A stretch of 64,000 nt of DNA from NCBI GenBank assembly GCA_045837725.1, contig JBEWZL010000076.1:186001-250000 (forward strand), given 5' to 3'. Positions within the stretch are counted from its first letter, which is position 1, and each line of letters opens with the position of its first letter. The DNA is from Vermamoeba vermiformis (lineage: Eukaryota). The position numbers were made by a program, and so were the translations under genes. Of this stretch, positions 1 to 13,045 are shown piece by piece. The notes below the pieces were generated by a model that saw only the letters and a list, made by a program, of their open reading frames with translations, was not told the origin of the DNA and made no database searches.

Positions 1-670
1 TTATTTTCATGAACGTGATGAGAATTGTGTACTGACCTACTTGCGACTAAAGGAAACCATTAAAGTTCGTAGATCTAAGGCTGGAGATGTTATAGGCTTG
101 CTTATTGATATGCAAGAGAAAATGCTGACTTTGTTCGTCAACGGATCTCCTGAACAAGAAGCTAGTTTTGCCAACAAACACGAATGGGGAACAGTAAGGA
201 ATCGCCTTTCACTTATACATAAATCTAATATTATATAGGCTGATCCGATAGTCAATCCGATATTCCCTTTCTTCTGCATTCACGGCGATCTCGAGCTACA
301 GATCTCACCGGTGTGCCAAGTAGAAAAATATAAAGCGATTAATTGGGCTCATGGAGATAAACAGCAGTTACCTACATCTAATAGGTTCGTAATAATATAT
401 TCAATACGGTTGTATTAATAATGATAACAGAAAAATGTCTCAAGCTACAGAATTCTTCGATGAATTGGGTCTATCGAAGTATCGCTCGTATTTAGACAAA
501 GAAGTCGATTTGAAGACAATAACAGAGGCTGATTTGAAGAAATTGAATATTCCTCTTGTCCCTCGAAAACGAATTTTGGATGCGTTAGAAAAAGATAAAG
601 GTACGTAGTGCCGACGTGGACACTATTAATAATACTAACATATTATAATTGTGTAGAAACGAAGAATTAA
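1..670 (+). CDS. 3' part of a SPRY-domain + C-terminal SAM-domain protein (5' end lies outside the window)
   Basis: SPRY-like GDVIGLLIDMQEKMLTLFVNG...IFPFFCI, then SAM-like FFDELGLSKYRSYLDKEVDLKTITEADLKELNIPLVPRKRILDAL across GT-AG introns; stop TAA at 668-670. Confidence 0.7.
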
Positions 671-783
671 CAACACAGAAATTACAAAAATGAATTAAAG
701 TCAATTGTACAATCTGTATATAAAATATGTATTTTTATTTTACTCGCAATACAAAAACAAAGAGATTCGATTACATAGCAATA

Positions 784-2411
784 TTAAGGCTTGTTGGTAG
801 TATAAGGCTTAAGCTTGTCTTGATAATCTTGAAGGAAATCCAACAACATTGAGTTGACTGAGGGACCAAAGTAGATCTTGGTGTTGTTTGCAATGGATTT
901 GACCCACTCGTGCATCAAGAACTCGGTAGTCAATTGCTTTTGCATGGCCTCGGCACTCTTAACAACCTTGTAGTATTCAGCATCGGCAAGGGCCTTCTCG
1001 TGAGCAATATGAGTTGCGTCTTCGATCTCGGCCATCTTTTTCATAGCTTCTTTTTCGTTGATTTGTTGGTCCATGCGAATCTTAGAAACTTCAGCGACCT
1101 TTTCTGCTTCAATCTTGGCCTTCTTACGATCAGTTTCGGCCTCTGTACGAGAAAATTTATCAATATTATTTTTCGATGGCCAAATTAGGAAATGCTGGTA
1201 CGTTACCTTTCTCAATGACCTTTTGCGCTTGAGTAGCAATCAAAAGCTTAGTCTTTTCAGCTTCCATTTGCTCGTAGTTGCGAGAGATAGCTATTAGAAC
1301 AAAGATTAATTTTCGTGTTTCGAAACGGATGTGGATCTGTGACGTACTTTGAGGGATCTTAGGCTTAGTGATACGAATAGCAATAATTTCAATACCAGGA
1401 GCCCATTTATCGCAGTCGTTTTGCAAAGCTTGAGCCAATCTCTCGTCAACAGTGTGGAACAAATCAATGTATACTTCTTGCAATGTGTGCGACGAGCAGA
1501 ATTGATTGATCTATGAAGAAAAATATTAAAACAAAATTCTAAGAAAAATTACGCTATTTTTGAAGCTGTTCAAAGACGTACCTCGTGATGGATCTTATCG
1601 AAGATCCACATCTTGTCGTAATGAACAGTGTAGTTCTTAATAGTCTCATAGACATATTCGGGCTTCAATCTGTTCACAACTTCAACACGATCGAACCTAA
1701 AGTAAGCCAAGTATTAGTAATACAGTACATCCGGATCAAAATGAAGTTCAACGTACCAAATGAGAACACCTCCAGAAGTACCACAAGGGACTGTATTAAA
1801 TATATATATTAATATATGAGCTAATAGATCGTATTATCTGTTATTACATACTGTCGGTGACTTTGTCCGTTTGAACGGTAATTTGAACGTTCTCAGCTTG
1901 GTCCTAATTATTCGATTAGAAAGAGGTACCGAATAACATAAAAGGATAATTATATTAAGAATAGTACTATTATTCATTATGACGGCAATTTCAAAAAGAG
2001 GATCTAGAGCCACAAAACTTACGATGAAAGGGACCTTCAAGTGGTAGCCAGGCTTAGTGACTCGATCAAGAAGAGCACCTCCTCGATAATAGACTCCATA
2101 GTGACTATATAGATAGCTACGTTAGCAACGGTTACGCAGCGGATGCGCCTTTGTGGATTCATGAATGGTGCCGCCAAAATTATGAAATAATTCCAAAATT
2201 ATTTGCACTAGGCTGACTAAATAGGATATTGTGTGTATAGCATGCCAACGCCAATTAAAAATTACGGGGTGGAATTCCAAATTTTGTTGGGAATTTAGAA
2301 ATTAATTTTAGCTTGATCTAGCCACACTTACCCTTCATCGACTTTATGAATCGATAATCTGAGACCCAATAAAACGAAAAGTAAGAATACGCCAAATATA
2401 ACTGCCTTCAT
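784..2411 (-). CDS. ERLIN: Erlin (SPFH/band-7 family ER membrane protein), multi-exon
   Basis: N-terminal hydrophobic [17 protein letters not shown], then [68 protein letters not shown] and [12 protein letters not shown]. Confidence 0.93.
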
Positions 2412-2838
2412 CTTTTTCTACGTTGATCTCAACTGCTAAACACACTGTCGTTGAATGTTCTGGGCAATAATTAACAAAAATGCTAAGTTGATCGTGTAGC
2501 AGTTGTGGTGGTCTTATTTAGTGCTTAGGGAATGAATCTGGAGGCACGATTTTATTTTTTGAATTTTGGTGACGAGGCAGGGAAATCGAAATTCGGTAAA
2601 TTAAACTCACAGTGCCTCGTCATCGCCGGAATTCTATCTGAGAATAGATCAGAACCACATTGATAGAATTGAGTCATTGCTACGGAACTTTATGCCCCTA
2701 CTGCGTTGAGATCTTCTTTCTTCTTTACTGCGTTATCCAAAGGTTGATAATAGGTCATAAATATGTACTCATTAGTGCGTACGTTTAAGCGCCGATAGTC
2801 GTAAAGATAGTTGAGGGCAGGAATTTAGTTCAATCAAA

Positions 2839-5508
2839 ATGTCTGCGGATGTACAACACAAAACGCCACAAAATGAAAATAGCAACGAAGATAAAACTGA
2901 TAATGATCCGCCAGCACCGCCATTCTTAGTAACGCTGAAAAGAACGATTACGTTATGTAAAACAGAATCGTTACTGATTTTAATTGGCATCATTGCCATT
3001 ATTGGCGATATTTTGTCTACAATTGGAGAAAATGTATTAATGGGCAGAGTAATTGATGCGTTTACACGTGAAAGTACGTATAATAAGCGAAATAAATTTC
3101 AAAAATCGTAAAAAAATACCATAATTATCTTATCACTTTTACTTATAATAACCCTATTAATTAGGATTAAATTTGCGTAATATTAATTTTAGAATTTAAT
3201 TTTAGATGACATGTCGCTGTTAAAGACTCAAAGTTTGATTATGATGGCAGTCTATCTGCTGCAATCGAGCGTTGTAGCATTATCTACGTATATTTTCGCA
3301 GCAACTGGTATGTATAATGGTGCAACTCTATACGCTCGATACTCTTGGCGCCATCCGCGCATCCTCTACTTACTTTTCTTGATCTGCTTTACTAACGATA
3401 TCTTATAGTAAATAGAATAACCACTAATGTAAAAAATAAGTTATTTGCTGCTATTGTGAAACAAGGTATAATGCAATTGGATCTGACAACGATGTTAAAG
3501 TGCAACGTTGCTAACATTATTTCTCCATATAGACATTAGCTTTTTCGACGCAACTAATACTGGTGAACTTACCTCGAGACTAACTAACGATGCCGGGCAA
3601 TTGGGAGTACGTGGCACCTATTGCAACTCTTTAATGGTCCCTCAAAGTCACTAACACGCGTTACTTTTTTTCGTACAGTCAGCCCTGGAGAATATTCTGC
3701 GCGGCTTAATATTGAGCTTTTTGAAAGCTAGTATTGGCTTAGTATACCTTTTTTATATTTCTGTTAAGTTGTCTATTGCCATGATTTTATTGATGCCCAT
3801 TGTTGGTACGGAAAAAGATCTGCTACATAACTCCGAGTCTTAACCTTTTCCTTATTAGGTATAGCATTGTGGGTCCAAGGCAAAGTCAACCAAAAGACAA
3901 TGACGAAGTTAACAGCTGCTAAAGCTGAATCGCTTAAAAAGGCAACAGAAGTATTCGGCCAGATCCGAACGATCAAGACATTCGTGCAAGAGCTGCTCGA
4001 GATTAAATACTTTGCTAGTACGTAATGTAATTATTCATAAGAAGATTATTGATGTCGTCTATTTTTAGAGAATATTGATGAAGAAGCTTCATTGAACAAA
4101 AAGTTGTCTTTAATCAACTCTGTGACCTATGGTACCGTTACCTTGGCCTTCAATTTTTGTATAGTAGTTGCTATGAGTTATGGTGGAAGGTAAGTAGGCT
4201 ATTTACTTCAAATCTCCTGCCGAGATAGGATCTTGGATCCGGATTTCTTTTTACTAATAATGCTACTTTATTAGTCTGGTTATAGCCGGCGAGATAACTG
4301 GTGGAGATTTAGTCTCGTATTGTTTCTTCGCTCAAACAGTAATTGTTGAACTCGGATCACTTCCGGATTTGTTCTCTCAGTGGACCAAAATTGGTGTAGC
4401 GTCGGTTAAGGTCTTTGAAATTATCGAGAAGCAAGAAGAGATTGAAAAGAAGTTACAAAAGCAGCCTAATAAGCGCTTGAAATACATTCAGTACGTCGTT
4501 ACAAATTCATATTTTCAATTTAACTAATAATTCGTTTCAGAGGCGATATCTCCTTCAAAAATGTATCGTTTTGCTACCCAATGCGCCCAGAGAACAAAGT
4601 CCTAAAGAACTTCAGCCTCGATATTAAATCAGGCAGCACTGTTGCCATTGTAGGATTGAGCGGCGGTGGCAAGTCAACGTTGTTCGCCTTGCTCGAACGA
4701 TTTTACGACGACTATGAAGGTCAAGTACTAATTGATGGAGAGGACGTTAAGAATATTGATAGGGATTGGCTTAGGCAACAAATGGGTACGTAAACAGATC
4801 CCGATTCAAAATTTCTGCGAATTCTGACTGTCTTGCTTAGCGTTGGTTAATCAAGAACCGTTGTTATTCAATACTACTATCTATAATAATATCGAGTACG
4901 GCTTAACGCAGCGACAATCAGTTGACAAGAACGCAATCTACAAAGCAGCCGAACAAGCGAATGCAGTCTCTTTCATTGAATCAGTACGTCGTTCAGTGAA
5001 TACAAAAATACTACGGAGATATCGATTAACGTTGCTCTTAGATGCCTTTAAAGTATGAGACTAACGTTGGTGAACGAGGATTGTTACTATCAGCAGGTAC
5101 GTCGTGTAAACTGACACCCTTGCACTTGACTTTTTTTGACCGCGCGTGACAGGACAAAGACAACGCATTGCAATTGCAAGGGCTATTTTAATTAATCCAT
5201 CGATATTGCTACTCGACGAAGCTACATCCGCCCTCGACAACCAAAGTGAGCGAGAAGTTCAAAGTGCGCTAGAACATTTGATGAAAGGTCGTACGAGCAT
5301 TGTCATTGCGCATCGATTGAGCACTGTAAGAAACGCGGACATGATTTGCGTGGTACGTAAATACCTTCAATAGTGAATGACATTTAACTAATCAAATGTT
5401 TAGATGGAGAACGGCGAAGTCATTGAACGAGGCACGCATGACGAGCTACTTGCCAAAAAAGGAAAATACTTGGAATTATTGAACTTACACAAGCTCGGTG
5501 ACACATAA
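2839..5508 (+). CDS. ABC transporter, ABCB-type half transporter (TMD-NBD), multi-exon
   Basis: TMD with [14 protein letters not shown]; Walker [11 protein letters not shown]-loop VNQEP, signature [14 protein letters not shown], Walker [13 protein letters not shown]-loop IAHRLST. Confidence 0.92.
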
Positions 5509-5576
5509 ACGTCGATTAGTAGTAAAATGATGAGAGCGAAGGATTTAATGGACCTTTATAAGTATTAGAGTCGACG

Positions 5577-6676
5577 TTACTTCCAACTAATTGTGGGGAT
5601 AGCTGGATTGACCAGTCGTAACTCTAACGGTGTATTTGCACTCGTGATGACGGGAAGAACGACCTCCTGAGCCGGTTGTTCGTTAGCGCAGGCATCAGTA
5701 CATGGGTTTCATCAGGGAGAGGTTCATGATGTGGTTCGTTTTCATGCGAATTCGCACCGATGGGATACAAGCTGTGCTCTGTTAACATCGGAGCTATTAA
5801 TTAAATAAAACGTACCCGGCTTTTGCAAATGCTTGTACCCATAAAGTCCTTGGCGATGGACTTGTCCTTCTTACGGCTCTTGAACTGACCAAGGTAAGGC
5901 GTGCTTTGTATATCGTTAGTATCTAATTAAACGGTTTGAGTACTTACCAATCACCAGCAGTATTGGCTCAAAACAATCCAAAAACTGAACTCAGTTGAAG
6001 CTGCACCAATTGTAAGTATCAAATCAAATGAAAAATGGATCTCGAGGCAACGATATCTAACAAAAGAAAAAATAAGTAACAATACCATGTACTCGTTGGT
6101 ACGTGTAACAACAACTTACTTGCCAAATTTGGACGTTGTGTCGATCAACGTGGTCTGCCAGGGTTGCCAAGTTTCGTTGTTGTAGTCTTCAACATCCCAC
6201 AATGTAACGCCATAAATTCGAGGTAAAAATGTTGGATCTGAAGACCGAGGAACTAAGATGATTTGCCCTGGATCCGTTACACTGCTATTGTTATCATAGC
6301 AGTCAAAACTAAAAATCAAGGTGTTAGTCTTTTAATACGCTGGCAACAGAATATGCTCCGTATCAAAATGTAATAAACCTGCTCCAATTGGCTTATATCG
6401 TTGTACTTGTTTCTTGTATGGGAACATTTCAGAAATATTTTTTGTAACGACTGAGAAATAGCTCCGGAGACACTCTCTAGGGGTATGCGAGCGGATGCGC
6501 AAACTAACTAACAATGCGCATCAATGAGGACCCCTAGAAAGTGGCTCGAGAGGTATTTCAAAGTGATTACGAATCAAAATGACCAAAACAATCGCTATTT
6601 ATGCTGTCTGTTCTGCCATAAATAGAAAAATCCTTAGGATGAACTTTGTTACGTTACTTTACCGGATAGCTTTCAT
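5577..6676 (-). CDS. Uncharacterised multi-exon protein (5' structure uncertain)
   Basis: Open exon-like blocks bounded by GT/AG (IFSFDCYDNNSSVTDPGQIILVPR...; ...LPVITSANTPLELRLVNPAIPTISWK*); no family recognised. Confidence 0.45.
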
Positions 6677-7153
6677 GAACGAGCGATCTATCATTGACAA
6701 TCACTAATAATTCGCTATCGACAGAATTTGAGCGGATCTAAAGTTGTCTCTCGGCAACGAAAACTCCGAGCTGATCTTCGAAACAGCGCTGCGAGCCGAT
6801 GAATGATGCCGCCATTGAGCTCCGCAGTACATCTGAGCTATAATTAGAGAGATTTTTAGTCTTTGAGTCGGAGATCGATGGCGAGACCAAAAACAGTGGG
6901 AAATGACACGTGTCGCGATCCTGAATCTGCATTAATTTGGCAATGAAGATTCGCCCGTGGATTAACAGTACCTACCAAAGTTTCTTATCATCATGACTAC
7001 TTTATAATCAACGTTAGAAACAAATGACCGTCCGATGAGGATCTCTCTCGAGATCAGAATTTAAAAGTTCCAACAATTTTTAAAATTCGGAAAACTAGTG
7101 ATTTATATGCTACATGGAAAGTGCGTAATTTGTCTATTAATGGTTTATTATTC

Positions 7154-7552
7154 TTAATTCATGATGAAGTTATAAAATTCCTTGCTTGGTTTGACGTTAT
7201 GAACTTCGATGTAATGCGCGTACCCTTCAGGCCAGCGAATCTCATCGCCATTTGGAGCAATAATTTTATACTCGCAGCTGCCATTAGTTTTATTGTCGTC
7301 TTCATCTGGCTGGCAATCCTGCTGGCCGACTAATCTGCAGTAAGGCAAGCCTCTGTAGCCAATTTCTTCAGCTGTCTTCTCCTTCTCACGCAATTTCACT
7401 AGGAATTGTTCTTTTCCAGGCCAAGGAGTGTTGCTGCCAATAGGAAAAGGAAAGGTTGACTTTTCTGCGGCGGATGGAGCCCAGTATCCTTCGACCTTTG
7501 CCCCGTCATCCAAACTGATTGTCTCTCGATCAAATGATAGCCCTGAACCCAT
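7154..7552 (-). CDS. Intronless 132-aa protein with a YRG..CR..C..NGS.EY..WPEGY.HY...H.V.P..EF motif, possibly virus/phage-like
   Basis: Clean single ORF; Cys/His-rich motif; N-terminal MGSGLS fits the myristoylation consensus. Confidence 0.75.
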   Translation of the reverse strand: MGSGLSFDRETISLDDGAKVEGYWAPSAAEKSTFPFPIGSNTPWPGKEQFLVKLREKEKTAEEIGYRGLPYCRLVGQQDCQPDEDDNKTNGSCEYKIIAPNGDEIRWPEGYAHYIEVHNVKPSKEFYNFIMN

Positions 7553-7675
7553 TGTTGGCTACGTGGTCGTGCGTTAATAAAGATGAACGGATCTTTATTC
7601 AGACTTAAAGTCTTGATCAGCCCTGGCCGATTCACACGTCCATTAAAAGTTTCTCTTTCGAATGCGCCATTTTTC

Positions 7676-10600
7676 TCATCTTTCTCTTTTGTATTCTTCA
7701 AGTCGGCTTAAAATTTGGTGAATTTTCGGCTCTAAAGCGGGTTCTTCCTCCAACAGCTTTTTGTGAAGCGGGCTGATAAATGTACATTAACTATGGTCCA
7801 TAATTATTATATATGTACGTACTGCGTTGGTTCTAGGAGTTTGTAAAATACTTCTAGTATTTTACCAAGTTCACGAGCGGTATGTGCCGAATCGAAAAAT
7901 TCAGAGAGCATGAACGTTTCTACTAGTATTTTCATATGATGTAACCATAGTGATGGGTCCTCTATAAGAGCGATAACTAAAGCGTAGTTGGCTAAAATAA
8001 CCAATTAGGATGACATAATCAAAGATCCGGATCCAATCGTCCTTACGCGTTAAGGCCGCAGTGGATAGCTCAGCATTTCGCTGTTTTTCGAAGAAATTCA
8101 AGGTGTCTAAAAGCGAGTTAGTAAGCCGATCATTCAATTGTTGAAATGATTACCCGATAAATGCTCGATGACAGTCGATGGAAAATGCAGTGCAGCAGCA
8201 CCTAATTGAAATCGCATATTAGTAACTAAACGTATTAATAACTTCGTTGTAGCAGAACTCAAACTGAAATTTCATCCGAATACTCATTGTTCACTTACCA
8301 ATGAACTCGATGTACGTAGTTTCAGTACCATCGTGTAAATTGGAGACCCTTACTTTCCACACAATCTCTAATAACGGCACCTGTAATCAATTATAACGTT
8401 AAAAACTTAAATTTATTTATGATGTTGATGTAAAGCTTTGAAACGTACCAATTTTGGATTCTTAAAAGCGTCTGCTTGGAGCAAGTAGATCATATAGTTC
8501 ATCCCGCTGCGTAATTGTGCATCATCGTCCGATTTAAGCATTGTTTCTAGCTTTTGATATAGCAAGTTTGTGGGCTCAGTCGGATCTTCCGCTCGTGTAG
8601 CGAGTAATGCCCATAGCTCCATAAACTACCAGCAACTTAGTAAAATACGACAAATAATCGAATATGCGCTATACCTCTGTCATTCCTTCTTCCAGACCGC
8701 CATTTACCCAGGCTAATAATTTCGTGACTACATCCGTCGTCAAAAAATTCTTTGAGCAGGCGTTCAAAAGAATGTTAAGCGCCTTTAAAATGTTATTAAA
8801 CACCTATGTATATTCGATTTTTACTTACGTTTGAGAACGACTCTGGATCAATATTTTGTTCGTTGACAATGGTGTTACGAATCCAATCCACGACGGATGC
8901 AGCTAACGGATCGGCAATATCTGCAGTCTTAGCTTGGCTAGATAAGAAATATGATATTATTGCCTGGTAGAAGTTAGGCAATCTGAGATTGTCTATGTAG
9001 AAAAATTAGTTACAAATTTGGTCAGATATTCGGATCCTTACTGTACTCCGTCTTGAGAATGCTCAAAATTTGTGGCAGGTTCTTAATTATTTCATCGTTT
9101 GTAAGTCGAGTAGCTACCGTAGAAAGTAAGGTCAATAATTCTCTAGTTCCGTAGTCCGTTTCAAAATTCTCGCTTTCATCGGAAGAAAACTCCATTCTGT
9201 CCACATGTACGCCTTCATCGTCCATATTTTCATCATCTTCCATCTCATCGCGCGAAATTTCATCATCTTCTTCGTCATCCTCTTCGTCTTCGTCAAACGA
9301 TCCTTCTTCATCCACGGACTCCAAATCTACACTATCCTCTTCGGGGATATCTTCATTCGGATTGTTCTCAGCTCGTATTTCAGCAATTCTTTTTCCAATA
9401 ATGGAAATAATGAACGAACAAAAATTCTCGGGCAATTGTTCTTTTCGGATCATATTAATTTCTTCGCCGAATTTCAAGAGCATAATCTCGGTAGCGTCTT
9501 TAGGATCTCTCTGATACTCTTCCATTGCTGCTTTCAACAATTCTGTATTTGAGAAAGCATTCATGCCGAGTAACTCTCTGTTGGCTGGATCCGTTATTGT
9601 CGCAATGATGAGCTCCTTGTACTTTAATAAAAACGATCAATATTAATATAACCTATTTAGTATAATACCTCTGAAATTCTTTCGCATCCGATAGCGTGTT
9701 TAACGGTCCATTTGTCTGCTTGATCCTTCAACTCCGGCGAATCTTCGCCCATTTTCTTCAGCTTATCAAATAGAATTTGTTGCTGTACTTCCGTTAAAAG
9801 CAAGCAATATACATTGTCATGCAGCAAAAATTTATCCATCACTTTCGTTTTCAGCCTAAAATAAAATTCAGAACAGATCCGTTACGAAAATTTAAATCGC
9901 CGTACTTTTTGTCTAAATCGAGTAATGCCTCCAACAAGAAATCGCACGCTGCATTAATTTTGAGGTCTTCACAAGGTCTCGACTATAATAAAAGTCAGTT
10001 TTGAGCACTATTGATTTGATTCTCCTACCAAATCTGTATCTTTTATAACTTCGTAGTGATATAATATTAACGTCTTGTCTTGTGTCGATCCAGTCGGAGT
10101 TGGCAAAGCATTATACCTAAATAGGAAATTTAAGTAACTTTTAATAATCGCCAAAAAAATCGATTAAACTTACCAGTCCCGCATTTTTTCAATCTCTTCA
10201 GGTTCGTGCAATAAATTTTGCAGCAGATTTTTTAAATAAACCAAAGTCAATGCGTCGCGGGCTGTTTTAGGCGGAGAAATTGGTTTGAACCGTTCAATAA
10301 ATACGTCCATTACCGAGAAACTCTCCATTTCTATAATAATAAAATCTTTTAGTCCTCCAATTATAATTCATGATTGCCTATCTACGTACTTAACATAAAA
10401 CAAAGATTTTGGATTAAATATTCGATTTGTCTCATTGCGCTATCTTGGAAGACCTGTTACAAAAATAAATAAATAAAAAATAGCTAACTTTTATTATTAT
10501 CGCTGTTATTAATACGTACCATTTCAGCTTCGATGTTCCAAGTATTAATTGCGTGTAGAACCAGATTAATTAATTCAGGAAGCAGATCCAAACTTCTCTT

Positions 10601-11710
10601 TTCGAGTCTCTCGCGAAGCGAACTGTTATAAAATAAAGATACGACTTGGAACAGCAAATTGATCCCTTGTAACTGGTCCAAGCCCTTTTTTTCAAGTTGA
10701 TACACATATTCGCGAGCGTACCGAACAGCAGCCCTAAAAAAAATTGCGTTAGTTTTTTTAAAATAATTAATTAATTAGCCACGGCGTACCATAATAACGA
10801 GAAACTAATATTCTCTATTTCTTTTGGTCGCTCTTGAGATGCATTAATAAATCGCAGACCAAGTCCGGTTTGTTTGACGCGAGTGGCGTTGGATCGGGAG
10901 ATCATCACCAGATCCACCTTCATAAAAAATTGAATCATATTGTCTATGCACTCTGGCTCGATAGGATAATTTGTATTGACGTCTACGTCCCAAAATTTCT
11001 CTTCGATGTATTGAAGCGCAAAATTAGCCATTTGTTTGAAGTCTGTCAACGTGATCCATTCTTTTTTCGTGACTCGATCGAGTAACTTCTTAATCGTGGC
11101 TTTTTGTGATTTTTTGCCTCGCTGCAAAGGTTTTTGAGCGAATACATCGTAATATTGCTGCAAGCACTTGATTACATCAGGCCAAGTTTTTCTTCAATAA
11201 AAATTAATTTTTAATCTACAGCACCAAATCGGATAGTATTTTTTATAAATATGGAACGTTTACGTACTTAATCGCATAGACTCGTCGCCAATCAATAAGC
11301 GCATCTGGTAAAAATACAAATTAGCTTTTCGCGTAATTTTACAATTTTTTAATTAAAATCATGTTGTCCGTACCTCCGTCTTTGGTCGGAATAAGCCAGT
11401 TACGTTTGCAATCTTTTTCTTTAGGGAGTAACGACCAATTTTCAACGCATTTTTGTCTCCAAAGCTCGTTGTCTTTGCTCATCTGAAACCATTTTTTACA
11501 AACGCCTGCACACGCTCCTGAAAATCGAAGTAATTTAATTATTATTATCCATGTCATTTTTTAAAGCAATATTATTTGCTAAATAATAATATTTAATTCA
11601 AATAAATAACAGAGATTTTTATTACCAATAAACGCGAGATCTAGGTTGTTGAAAAAGGCTAATAAGACTTCTTGTGGCCAGTAATTAATATCATGTTGGT
11701 GATCTTGCAT
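7676..11710 (-). CDS. F-box protein with long helical C-terminal region and acidic tract (paralog A), multi-exon
   Basis: F-box INYWPQEVLLAFFNNLDLAFIGACAGVCKKWFQMSKDNELWRQKC; exon-by-exon colinear with 13703-18043. Confidence 0.85.
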
Positions 11711-11850
11711 CGTTCAATAATTACTGCCTTGTGTACTTCGTGTGTTGAAAATGGATGCAAACAGAGTTTTTTTTTAGCAAGTTAAATAATCAGAAAACCA
11801 ATGAAAGACAATGTACTAATTCCATATTTATTATTTATTATCTATATAAG

Positions 11851-11903
11851 TAGTTCGGCCTCCGGACTTGAAGCTGGAAATGGCAACTAAATCCACCAGT
11901 TCG
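11851..11903 (+). repeat. Duplicated copy of the Pol lambda 5' UTR and first ~8 codons (duplication junction)
   Basis: agttcggcctccggacttgaagctggaaATGGCAACTAAATCCACCAGTTC closely matches 18183-18234 agttcggcctccgaactcgaagcttggaaATGGCAACTAAATCCAACAGTTC. Confidence 0.9.
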
Positions 11904-11973
11904 TATGAACTACTTATCGATGACAATTAGCTTTGATTATGCTTTAACAATGAAACTTGATACAAAATCGCAG

Positions 11974-13045
11974 CTATTTTTTCGGGATAGAACAGTGGCC
12001 TGGAATATCGCACAAGTTTGGTGAGAAGGGCCACATCTGCAACAAGTAGATCACGTCTCCGATCTCTCGCTGAATGGCTCTATTGTTCGGATAATGATAC
12101 ATTTCTACTATATACTTCAAGCATGCACTGAAGCGGCCCAACAACCAAGGTGAAATAGATCTGCTAATAGATTCGGGGAACAACATACCAACGATCATCG
12201 TTGTCAAATCTTCAAGTACATAATACGATGCCAAACGACTGCTTTCAGTTTTTAGCAATATATGTCCTTCAAGACCAAGTTTAGCGAGCGCATCCGTCAA
12301 TCGTTGCGGCAGATCGTTTGGCGACTCCTTTTTGAACCGGTACATCATGACTCGCTTCTCACTTCTAGGTTCATATGCCTGAGTAATATTGTCAAGTAAT
12401 AGCGCCAGTTGATGTTGATGTCTCGATGAAGCAGTAATAAAGTACTTGGTCTTCGTGAACGGTGCTGCGTGGATGTGTTCTACCACTCCTCCTCGATTCA
12501 ACACACTGACAGGTATAGATATGGTTCTGTACAGAAGAGTGCATTCCATCGCTGGCCCACTCAATGGAGGTAGGTTGAATTTGATCTCCGCGTTTGGACT
12601 TTCTTGCGGATGTGGACTCTTTTTGATCACTGAGCTAATGAATACTGGTAATGGTGTTTTATCTTCTATATGAGTAACTATGATTGAATTTTGAACGAAA
12701 CCAAGGATGTTTAGAGGCTTGATCCGCGAGTTGGGTCCGTAGATGTAGATCACGAGTGCTCGTTGAGTACCATCAGCTAGTGTCTTAAGCCACACTAGTC
12801 CATTGTATTTATCGACGAACTTAGCTTGTTCAATAGCTGCTAGAATGGTTGGTAGTAACGCTCGAGAGCCTTCACTAAGCCAGATCAGACCCACAGCTCG
12901 TCGAACTTCACTGCTAGACATTAATTGACTTAACCATAAAAATCTTATATACATACTATGATTCTTCGATAATCTTTTGCACCCACTCGGCATTCATTTG
13001 TTGTCTGTTCGTCAGATCAGTCAAACTTTTTGATGTACAAGTCAT
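11974..13045 (-). CDS. Orphan protein between the two F-box paralogs; probably one 43-nt intron (12914-12956) plus one ~940-nt exon
   Basis: 339-aa ORF; splicing gtatgt...tctag gives in-frame MTCTSKSLTDLTNRQQMNAEWVQKIIEESY|SEVRR; no family recognised. Confidence 0.6.

Noticed and set aside
5085-5170. ABC signature LSAGQ instead of LSGGQ
   Set aside because: A known tolerated variant; all other NBD motifs are intact.
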